A DNA stretch of 36,366 bases from a virus (taxonomy: Duplodnaviria > Caudoviricetes), in the IMG/VR virus record IMGVR_UViG_3300037781_000039, positions 1 to 36,366 of that record. One strand, given 5' to 3'. Of the stretch, positions 8,450 to 15,926 are shown piece by piece. The notes beneath the pieces are model-generated. The model saw nothing but the letters and a program-made list of their open reading frames with translations. It was not told where the DNA came from and did not search any database. Within the stretch, counting starts at the first letter, position 1. Each line of letters begins with the position of its first letter. A program made the position numbers and the translations under genes.

Positions 8450-8721
8450 GCGAACCTCCGCGACGGACTGGAAGGTGTCACCTCGAAGGCTTGAAGCGAT
8501 GCTGCCAGGCTGCCGCTGCGCAGGCGGATGTTGACGTGCCAGCCGGGCAGCGGCGCAGCCGGGGTCACGACCTCTCCCAATTCATCGAGCACGGGATCGC
8601 TCCAGACCGTGCCGACATGATCGACAGCCCAGTCATCGGCATGATCGACCCCGATACCAGCGGCCTGCAGTTCGGTAGCCGCTTCGGTGGGATCGGCGAA
8701 CTTCAGATAGTGATCAGCCAT
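8446..8721 (-). CDS. Small tail-fibre-associated protein (possible fibre chaperone)
   Basis: 91 aa, overlaps the end of the fibre gene; MADHYLKF...GWHVNIR. Confidence 0.6.
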   Translation of the reverse strand: MADHYLKFADPTEAATELQAAGIGVDHADDWAVDHVGTVWSDPVLDELGEVVTPAAPLPGWHVNIRLRSGSLAASLQAFEVTPSSPSRRFA

Positions 8722-10459
8722 TGCTCATCGCCTCCAGTATCGCATTGGGAAGGGGACCGAAGATCGCAACCTGCTGGACGACACAGGACAGGCCGCTGCT
8801 GCCGTCGATGTTCGCGCCAAGTTGCAGTGCGTCAGCAGCGCCGTTGATGACATGCGCACCGTCAGCGACACAGGCCGCGCCGTTGACGGACACGGCGACG
8901 TCGTCGGTCCCGACGCGCAGCGCCGCCACGATCCGGTCACCCGGTGACAGCCCGCTGGCAGCGGTCAGGTCCAGGCCATCGGCGCCTGTCAGGTGCAGTT
9001 CACCAGCAGCTATCTCGAGTGCGATCTCGTTCGTGCTTCCCGTGCCGATGGCCAGCAGGACACCGTCGGTGTCGCGGATCTCCGCCTCGACCAGGACGGA
9101 AAAGCCGTTGGGCCGGAATGCGGAGATGGCAGACAGGTCCACGGTCGCCAGATCGGCAGAGCGGGTCACCTCGGAGCCGTCCGTCAGGATCACGGAAGAC
9201 GGCCCGGATTCCTGGCTCTCGACCTCCTCCAGCATGATGCCCCAGACCGCCATGCTGTTGTCGGTGTCGCCGAGATAGGAACCGCCATCATTCTGGAACG
9301 AGAAGCCCACGCCTGCGCTGCCTGACGCATCACTCGGTGCGCGGGTCGCCCAGAGGCGATACCAGTCGTTCGCCAGCTTGTCGTAGCCGACGGTGACGTT
9401 CTCGTTGGCGGGCTGATAAGGCGTGATGGTCTCTGTTGCAAAATCCCACTGCCAGCCGTGCCAGTTGCCAGTTGCCCCGCTGAATGGCGCAGCATAAATG
9501 ATGGTGCTGTGCTTGGTTGGGTTTGCTCCAACATCCTTCACGTAGGCCGACAGGCAGTAGAACGCCCCTGCCGAGGCGATGGTGAACTTGCCGCCAGACG
9601 CCCCCGCTCCGTGAGAGCCGGTGTCTGTGGTCTCCGTCATCGTGCCCGCCGTGGTCGTGCCGTCGGGAGCCACCTCGTCATCATCCACAACGGTGCAGCG
9701 AACAACGCCGTTGCCGTTCAGCGAATTGCTGGTGATGTGATGGTTGGTCTGCTGCGGCTCCAGGAGCAGGCCGAGCGGCTCGCCCGTTACGGGGTCGTGC
9801 GTGATGCGCACGGCGTCGATGGCCTTGCTCTCGACACCACCACCGTCTGTATTCCTGAAACCCGCCGTCGCGCGGGTCAGGGCAAGCAGGCTGGTGTCCC
9901 CCAGATCGAAGCCCAGCATCGCCGGGGGCATCTTCCCGAACCGGTTCCTGAAGCCCTGCCGGGCGGCGGCACTGACCGCCGCATTCACCGCCGCGATGTT
10001 GCTCGCGACCGTCGTGACGTTGGCCGACACCCCGGCAACCGTGGAGATATCCGCAATGATCGCCGCGAGGGCGTTCAGGTTTGCGATGGCGGTCGCCACC
10101 GTGCCGATGTCGTCATCTCCGCCCAGGTCTGTCGCGACCGTACCGATGTTCGCCAGCGCCGCTTCGACCGCGCTGATCGAGGCGATGGCGGCGGCGACCG
10201 CGCCGATGTCATTGTCTCCGCTGAGATCCGTCGCGACGGTCCCGATATCATTGTCCCCGCCGAGATCCGATGCGACGGCCTCGATTGCGGCAACAGCAGT
10301 GCCGAGCGCTTCGATCTCAGTGGTCAACAACCCAAGCGCCGTCAGGTCAGCAGCCTTGCCTGCCAGTGTCGTCATTGCCGGATCGGCATTGAGCCCGATC
10401 AGATCAATCAGGTCATTCGTGCGGACAATGAGTTCAGCCAGATTGGCTTCGTTGCTCAT
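8714..10459 (-). CDS. Tail fibre / receptor-binding protein with repeat stalk and beta-rich (lectin/LamG-like) C-terminal part
   Basis: Ala/Thr/Val-rich I-x-T-V-A repeats, then FTRAS-like LTRATAG, GLLLEPQQTN, WYRLW and VTRSAD motifs; follows the first fibre gene. Confidence 0.75.
   Translation of the reverse strand: MSNEANLAELIVRTNDLIDLIGLNADPAMTTLAGKAADLTALGLLTTEIEALGTAVAAIEAVASDLGGDNDIGTVATDLSGDNDIGAVAAAIASISAVEAALANIGTVATDLGGDDDIGTVATAIANLNALAAIIADISTVAGVSANVTTVASNIAAVNAAVSAAARQGFRNRFGKMPPAMLGFDLGDTSLLALTRATAGFRNTDGGGVESKAIDAVRITHDPVTGEPLGLLLEPQQTNHHITSNSLNGNGVVRCTVVDDDEVAPDGTTTAGTMTETTDTGSHGAGASGGKFTIASAGAFYCLSAYVKDVGANPTKHSTIIYAAPFSGATGNWHGWQWDFATETITPYQPANENVTVGYDKLANDWYRLWATRAPSDASGSAGVGFSFQNDGGSYLGDTDNSMAVWGIMLEEVESQESGPSSVILTDGSEVTRSADLATVDLSAISAFRPNGFSVLVEAEIRDTDGVLLAIGTGSTNEIALEIAAGELHLTGADGLDLTAASGLSPGDRIVAALRVGTDDVAVSVNGAACVADGAHVINGAADALQLGANIDGSSGLSCVVQQVAIFGPLPNAILEAMSNG
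10096..10268 (-). repeat. Intragenic 13-aa repeats DL(G/S)GD(N/D)DIG(T/A)VA, three copies
   Basis: DLGGDNDIGTVAT and DLSGDNDIGAVAA in tandem, with a third copy DLGGDDDIGTVAT; coordinates approximate. Confidence 0.8.
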
Positions 10460-11526
10460 CAGTTGGTCCCTCCGACGTCGGTAGCGAACGAGCCACGCTC
10501 ATAGTGGTAGCGCTGCGTGATCGTCAGCACGCCATTGGCGACCGTGACGTTGCCGATATCGGAGTACAGCAGCCGGGTGTCCGGGCCTGCTCCGGTGTAG
10601 AGCGACTGGCTTGTCAGGGTCACGGTGCGCATGGGCAGCTGCCCGAACGTCGGTACCTGGTTCGATGCCGTACCGACGTTGTAGGTTGAGGCGGTGCCCA
10701 GACCGGCAAGGGTGGCAGTGTGTCCGTCCACGACATCCGAAACGTCAGGCGGTATGACCAGGCCGCTGTCAAAGGTCTCGAGCGCCGTGAGCCTGGTCGC
10801 CAGATTGGGCGGTACACCCAGGGCATCGAAGTCGGTTTCGAGCTGGCCCACGCGCGTGTCGAGCGAAACGATATCGGCCTCTGCCGCTGCCAGATCGACA
10901 CTCAGGTCGGGCGGGATCGACAAGGCCGCATCGAAGTTCTCGAGGTCGACCAGCCGGGTTTCCAGATTGGCAGGCACCTCGAGCGCCAGCAGGTCCGTCT
11001 CGATCTGGTCGAGCCGCCCGTCCTGCACGGTCTGCGATGCGTCGTAGCCGATCTGCCGTGTCAGGATCTCCGCCTGCGCGGTGTTGATCTCGATCAGCCG
11101 CGAGATGATCTCCAGGCTGCTGCCATCGACCACGTTCACCGTCACGCTGTCACTGGGCAGGCCAGCCAGTGCCAGCACGAACGAGAGCAGCAGGTCGGTG
11201 CCATTGACCTTGGCGGACAGCGGCGTGACCGGATCAGACCAGATCGCCAGCATGGTGCCGTCGTCCAGGAAGACACCGAACTCGCGCACGGTGAACTCGG
11301 TCTCGCCTGCCAGCACGCCGGTCAGATGCAACGCCCCTTCGACTTCGGCGAAGGAACTGATCGCGACCCGCGCCACTTCGTTCTGCAGGGCGGTGGCAGA
11401 GGCGTCCGGCGTGTGGCCGGTGTCGCCAAAGGCCAGCTCTGTGATCGTGCCCTGCAGACCGGCAGCGTCGGCAGCGATCACCGCTGCCATGCCCGCGTCT
11501 GTGAAGATCGCCTGGAGCGTCGTCAT
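10459..11526 (-). CDS. Baseplate-attached tail fibre protein (P2 gpH-like N-terminus, coiled-coil stalk)
   Basis: TDAGMAA, ATALQNEVAR, FTVREFGVFLDDGTMLA is the typical fibre N-terminal domain; follows gpI. Confidence 0.85.
   Translation of the reverse strand: MTTLQAIFTDAGMAAVIAADAAGLQGTITELAFGDTGHTPDASATALQNEVARVAISSFAEVEGALHLTGVLAGETEFTVREFGVFLDDGTMLAIWSDPVTPLSAKVNGTDLLLSFVLALAGLPSDSVTVNVVDGSSLEIISRLIEINTAQAEILTRQIGYDASQTVQDGRLDQIETDLLALEVPANLETRLVDLENFDAALSIPPDLSVDLAAAEADIVSLDTRVGQLETDFDALGVPPNLATRLTALETFDSGLVIPPDVSDVVDGHTATLAGLGTASTYNVGTASNQVPTFGQLPMRTVTLTSQSLYTGAGPDTRLLYSDIGNVTVANGVLTITQRYHYERGSFATDVGGTN
10699..11022 (-). repeat. Two diverged 54-aa internal repeats in the fibre stalk
   Basis: DGRLDQIETDLLALEVPANLETRLVDLENFDAALSIPPDLS versus DTRVGQLETDFDALGVPPNLATRLTALETFDSGLVIPPDVS. 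Confidence 0.8.
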
Positions 11527-12155
11527 GTGGCCTCCGAGATTTCAAAGGTGAGCTGCAGGCGGGCAACCCGCCCGATGCTGGCTGCGAGGCCAGCCGTTGC
11601 CTGGCGGGCCGCAGCGCGGATCTGCACCGCTGCCGACTTCCGCGCGCCTGATCCGATACCGCCAGCCAGTCCGATCTGCTGTTCGGCATGGGTCTGCAGC
11701 CAGAACGACATGTGCTGGCTGGCGCGCTTGGCGCGATTGACCAGGGCAACGGCGTCCCTGATGTCATCGGCGAGCAATGGTCCACCCACTGCAGGCACCT
11801 GTGCAGCCAACTGGAAGGTGCCCTGCGGCAGGGTCGGTTCAGCTTCCCACCACTCGGTGATGTCGGCCTCAACGCCGATCAGCGCGAGTGCTTGTTCAAC
11901 GGCGTGGCGGGTGCCTTTCGTGGCATGGAAATCAAATGCGGCCGCCACGACGGCGCGTTGCCTGGCCTCGGGCCAGTCGGGCGACCAGTGATCGACGGAA
12001 AGCGCCCAGGCAAGCCATGGCAGATGCGTTACCGGACAGCGCTCCGGGCTCCACAGATCCGTGATCGGCACCGGCACCTCGGAGATCCGCGCGATGGCGA
12101 CCGCGCGATGGCGTTGGGCATCACTGGCTGACGGCGGGAGCAGATGGTCCATCAC
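11523..12155 (-). CDS. Baseplate/tail protein I (P2 gpI)
   Basis: LWSPERCPVTHLPWLAWALSVDHW, HATKGT, ITEWWE. Confidence 0.93.
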   Translation of the reverse strand: MMDHLLPPSASDAQRHRAVAIARISEVPVPITDLWSPERCPVTHLPWLAWALSVDHWSPDWPEARQRAVVAAAFDFHATKGTRHAVEQALALIGVEADITEWWEAEPTLPQGTFQLAAQVPAVGGPLLADDIRDAVALVNRAKRASQHMSFWLQTHAEQQIGLAGGIGSGARKSAAVQIRAAARQATAGLAASIGRVARLQLTFEISEAT

Positions 12156-13036
12156 GCCACTCCAATCGTCAGGGTCACATTGCCGAGGCGTGCAGCCTCG
12201 GCAGGCAGCACCTCCACGTCAGTCAGTGGCTGATCCAGCTGCACCCGCTCGACGCCTTCAACATGCAGGGCCGCCAGCAGCGCCGAGATCCGGATCGATC
12301 TGCCGAGGGGCCTGCCAAGCTGACCCAGTGACCGCACAGCGAGATCCGCGGCCTCGCGCACCACACTGCCGTCCGGACCTGCAAGGATGGTCAGTCGTGC
12401 CTCGATATCGAAGTCGATCAGTTCTGCCGCCTGCACCGTCACGCGGTCGCCCAGCGGTCTGACGGTCTCTTCGTTGACAGCATCGCTGACGGCACTCAGT
12501 ACCTCGGCTGCGGCGACACCATCGTTGGCATGGCTGAGCACCGTCACCACGATCTCGGAAGGCGACGGGCTGATGACAGCGACATCGCGGACATCCGCGT
12601 CAGCTGACAGTGCATGAAAGAGATACGACTGTCGGCTGCCTGCGGTCGTGACACCCTCGAGCGCCAACTGGATGCGGCGACGGAGGGCGGTATCGCTCTC
12701 CAGAACGGCAACGACGGGCGGTTCGGCAAGCGGATCAGCTTCGACTATGGTCAAGCGACCAACATTGAACAGCCCGCCGAGCTGCTCAAGGTCACTGCCG
12801 GTGGCGAAGGCAAGCATATTGCCCTCTCCCGCATCATTGACACGCTGCCGTATGAGCAGCTCACGCCAGGCGACAACCTCCAGAAGGATCACACCGGGAT
12901 CACTTTCCAGCAGCTCGGCAAACGACGGGTCGCGGGCAGTCAGGTCATCGATCAGCGCCTGACGGATGGTCGCATAGTCGAGTTCCTCGATCAGTGCCGG
13001 TGCAGGCAGGAGTGACAGGTCGAGCAGGTCAGACAT
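12152..13036 (-). CDS. Baseplate J/gp47 family protein
   Basis: LDLSLLPAPALIEELDY, ESDTALRRRIQLA, TTAGSRQSY, VRPLGDRVTV. Confidence 0.95.
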   Translation of the reverse strand: MSDLLDLSLLPAPALIEELDYATIRQALIDDLTARDPSFAELLESDPGVILLEVVAWRELLIRQRVNDAGEGNMLAFATGSDLEQLGGLFNVGRLTIVEADPLAEPPVVAVLESDTALRRRIQLALEGVTTAGSRQSYLFHALSADADVRDVAVISPSPSEIVVTVLSHANDGVAAAEVLSAVSDAVNEETVRPLGDRVTVQAAELIDFDIEARLTILAGPDGSVVREAADLAVRSLGQLGRPLGRSIRISALLAALHVEGVERVQLDQPLTDVEVLPAEAARLGNVTLTIGVA

Positions 13037-13388
13037 TGGCCAGCACCTCGCCGATCACGACACCATCGACCGTTACCGTCTGGCCGGATGGCTTGTATAT
13101 CCCGGTCAGGCTGATCACCGCGCGACCGGCGGTGGCCTCGGTGATCGCCACCTCAGACAGGGCGAACCGCTTCTCCCACCTTGCCAGTGCCTCGGCGACC
13201 GCGACGGTCACCTCGACCGCGAAGCCAGGCACCATTGGCTGGTCCAGCAGGTCCGGCAGCCGTGAACCATACTCGCGCAGCATCACGCGCGTGCCGATGG
13301 GCGTGCTCAGGATGTCGCTGATCGATTGCGTCAGATGGTCGATCCCGGAAAGCGGCGCGCCGGTCTCTGCGTTCATGCCATGCATCAC
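13029..13388 (-). CDS. Baseplate wedge protein W / gp25 family
   Basis: GMNAETG, HLTQSISDILSTPIGTRVMLREYGS, ALARWE. Confidence 0.93.
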   Translation of the reverse strand: MMHGMNAETGAPLSGIDHLTQSISDILSTPIGTRVMLREYGSRLPDLLDQPMVPGFAVEVTVAVAEALARWEKRFALSEVAITEATAGRAVISLTGIYKPSGQTVTVDGVVIGEVLANV

Positions 13389-13573
13389 GCGTCCTCCGGC
13401 TTCGTGCGACGGGTGGACTTCACGGCACGCCGGAACGGGCGCAGCTGTCCGGAGGCGACCAGGTACTTCGCCTCACGGGCTGACATGCGCACCTTCGATC
13501 CGGCCTCAGCGGGCGTGCCCTTGATCAGCATGCGCTGAACGACAACGAACAGTTTTGTCTTGTGGCTGCTCAT
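13385..13573 (-). CDS. Hypothetical small basic protein
   Basis: 62 aa with 4-bp overlaps to both gpV and gpW. Confidence 0.6.
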   Translation of the reverse strand: MSSHKTKLFVVVQRMLIKGTPAEAGSKVRMSAREAKYLVASGQLRPFRRAVKSTRRTKPEDA

Positions 13574-14100
13574 GACGGCACGTCCGTTTCCGAGGCACCA
13601 ACCGAGACACCGCCATGGACATGGTTCACCAGGCTGACGTCGTTCCCGCCCGCGATCACGTCTTCGGAGACATTGACGGTGCCCTCGATGGCGACGTCAC
13701 CAACCAGCTCGACATTTCCGATGAGACGGAACACGCCCGCTTCCCGGTCCGCTTCGAAGCGCAGCAGGCCGCCCTGATACGTGATGACGGAACGGTCAGC
13801 CGAATTTGCCGGTGCCGACACTGCCGTCGAGTAGATCGCAGGCAGCACGACGCCCTGGGCTGGCTCGCCGTCCGGCGACAGGATCATGACCTGCTCGCCG
13901 ATCTCCGGCGCATGCCATGTCACGTCTCCGCCTGCACGATGGGTCAACCAGGGCAGCCAGCCGGTAACCAGATCACCGGAGCGCACCTTGACGCGGGCGG
14001 TTGCGAAGTCTGTTGCGATGATCGAGCCGCCGCGCAGCAGATTACCAAGACGACGCTCCAGCTCGGTCACCCTGAAGGCCATTTCTTCGAGCGCATTCAT
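13570..14100 (-). CDS. Baseplate assembly protein V (spike)
   Basis: TGWLPW, PEIGEQVMILSPDGE, C-terminal HVH metal-binding motif. Confidence 0.93.
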   Translation of the reverse strand: MNALEEMAFRVTELERRLGNLLRGGSIIATDFATARVKVRSGDLVTGWLPWLTHRAGGDVTWHAPEIGEQVMILSPDGEPAQGVVLPAIYSTAVSAPANSADRSVITYQGGLLRFEADREAGVFRLIGNVELVGDVAIEGTVNVSEDVIAGGNDVSLVNHVHGGVSVGASETDVPS

Positions 14101-14654
14101 GCCGCGCCTCCGACGATCTCGTAGTCGTCTTCGTGAGCCGCGCCGATCTCAGGCGAAATGCCGACATGCAGCGTCGTCAGCTGGCCTTCGTCGTCATCGA
14201 TGGGGGTCTCGACGTGGCGCACTGTCCGGAGCTCGAGCACGGCCCGGTGGCAGAGCACGCCTGCGAAGGACACCGGCTCGGACTGGATCAGCTGCACACC
14301 TGAGCGACCGCTGGCATCGGTGGTCAGCACCGCGCCACCCAGACCACGATCCGCACGAAACGCAGCAGCGACCGCATCGATGAGCTGATCGAAGATGATC
14401 TCCGATTCATTCTCATCGACAAGCGCGAACAGGCCCGTGATCCGCCACCGTTCCTCGATGGTGTTCACCTGCTCGGTCAGCTGCTTCTCTTCGAACGAAT
14501 GACGGCTGATGAACCAGCCGCGCAACTTGTCGTCGTCGGTCAGGAAGTGCGCCCGGAAATCCCGTTCATGCCTGGCGTACCGCATCCGGCTATGGACGCG
14601 CCCGATCTCCGGTACCGCTTCCAGGGTTTGGACAATGGCGGCACGCACACTCAT
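14097..14654 (-). CDS. Putative tail completion/terminator protein
   Basis: 185 aa between the HK97-gp10-like gene and gpV, ATGA-coupled; function from synteny. Confidence 0.6.
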   Translation of the reverse strand: MSVRAAIVQTLEAVPEIGRVHSRMRYARHERDFRAHFLTDDDKLRGWFISRHSFEEKQLTEQVNTIEERWRITGLFALVDENESEIIFDQLIDAVAAAFRADRGLGGAVLTTDASGRSGVQLIQSEPVSFAGVLCHRAVLELRTVRHVETPIDDDEGQLTTLHVGISPEIGAAHEDDYEIVGGAA

Positions 14655-15154
14655 GACCCACCGCCGATCTCGGCAACGATCAGCTCGGCACCACGCCGGT
14701 AGATGTCATGCACCTGCCCTTCGACCGCTGCAAAGCCATGGGCGAACATGAACGTGCCCTCGGTACCGCGTGCCGCGATCTTGCGCGCGACCAGCCAGGC
14801 GACTGCCGAGGCCCGTTCCGGAGACACGTTCAGCTTCGCCTGGACCCAGTCTTCCAGTGGCTCAATGGGCGGGAAGTGTGGCTTGGTGCCCAGCTCGACC
14901 GGGACCGCATAGGCCAGCGGTGTGCCCACCGCGCCCGCGATCTCACCGCCACTGACTTCAGGCTCGCGTGCGGAGATCGAAGATCGCAGCGCGCTGTAGG
15001 CACCGACCGGCGTCCGTTCCTTGATCTCGCGCTCGAGCAGCAGGCTGGCTTCCATGGTGTCGCGGTAGAGCTGAGCCTGCAGCAGCTCCGGCGCGCGTTC
15101 AAATGCGAGCGCCAGATCCGCTTCATCGATCTCGATGCGAAAGGTCTCGTTCAT
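14651..15154 (-). CDS. HK97 gp10-family virion morphogenesis protein
   Basis: IKERTPVG, LRSSI, YAVPVELGTKPH, IAARGT. Confidence 0.8.
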   Translation of the reverse strand: MNETFRIEIDEADLALAFERAPELLQAQLYRDTMEASLLLEREIKERTPVGAYSALRSSISAREPEVSGGEIAGAVGTPLAYAVPVELGTKPHFPPIEPLEDWVQAKLNVSPERASAVAWLVARKIAARGTEGTFMFAHGFAAVEGQVHDIYRRGAELIVAEIGGGS

Positions 15155-15825
15155 CGGTTCCGCCCCGAGTGATTGAAGCGGTCGCGGTTCCGGCTGTCTG
15201 TCAGATCCAGATCCACGATTGCCGAGGCGGGTCGCGCCCTGCCGGGATCGACACCGACCATCTGGTGATAGCGCTTGCGCAGGGCGTTAGCCCGGCGTGC
15301 ATAGTCGTTCGACTTGGTTTGCCAGTCCACGGCGTCAGCCTGAAAGCTGCTGTCCTTGTGCCCGGCATACTCCGCAGCCAGCTGATCGAACAGCAGTGCG
15401 GCAGCCCAGCTGGCCACCGGCTCGCGATGTACGGCCGGCACAGTGTCGATGTCGGCTTCGCCGTCGATCACATGGGCAGTGGTTTATGCCACGGTCACCG
15501 TCTGATCGGCAACGGGCGCGGGCACCACCCGGATCTGATAGCCCTGCAGGGTCAGCTCGACAGTCGCGCTCAGGGGGCGGCGATGGTCCGTTTCATAATC
15601 GGTCCAGCATCCGTCGAGCGCGCTCAGGCCTTCGACCCATGGCGCGGGCAGCTGCAGGAATGATCCGCCAGGTGCGTCGATGTTCACGAGCATGTTGAGC
15701 GGGCGGTCCTGCGAGTATCGGATCACGGCCAATGCCAGAGCACGATCACGCTGGTCATCGGAGATCCGCACGTCCGGATCTCGTACCAGGTCAGCGATCA
15801 ATGCTGTGAAATCAGCCAGGGCCAT
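15151..15825 (-). pseudogene. Putative head-tail connector gene interrupted by a single in-frame TAA (15484-15486)
   Basis: ORFs 15484..15825 and 15151..15471 share a frame: ...QTVTVA*TTAHVIDGEAD...; read through they give one 224-codon gene directly after the capsid gene. Confidence 0.65.
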
Positions 15826-15847
15826 GATCGAAACTTGTCCTTAAGGC

Positions 15848-15877
15848 GGCGGAGAGACGCCGTGCCGTCTCTCCGCC
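15848..15877 (-). terminator. 12-bp GC-rich hairpin downstream of the capsid gene (partial terminator or mRNA stabiliser)
   Basis: GGCGGAGAGACG-ccgtgc-CGTCTCTCCGCC; no good U-tract. Confidence 0.55.
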
Positions 15878-15926
15878 TGCGGTCGCCACCTCACGGGGTA
15901 TTGGCGCTGGTTTATGGGGTTGGGGA

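Noticed and set aside
6618-8534. 638-aa + strand ORF opposite the sheath gene, and similar ORFs at 3906-5291, 10720-11991, 18646-19920, 21077-22459 and 26121-27806
   Set aside because: Shadow ORFs of real - strand genes with no protein-family features
10096-10268. Repeats considered as a CRISPR array or DGR template/variable repeat
   Set aside because: They are in-frame coding repeats with no unique spacers; no cas or reverse transcriptase gene is in the window
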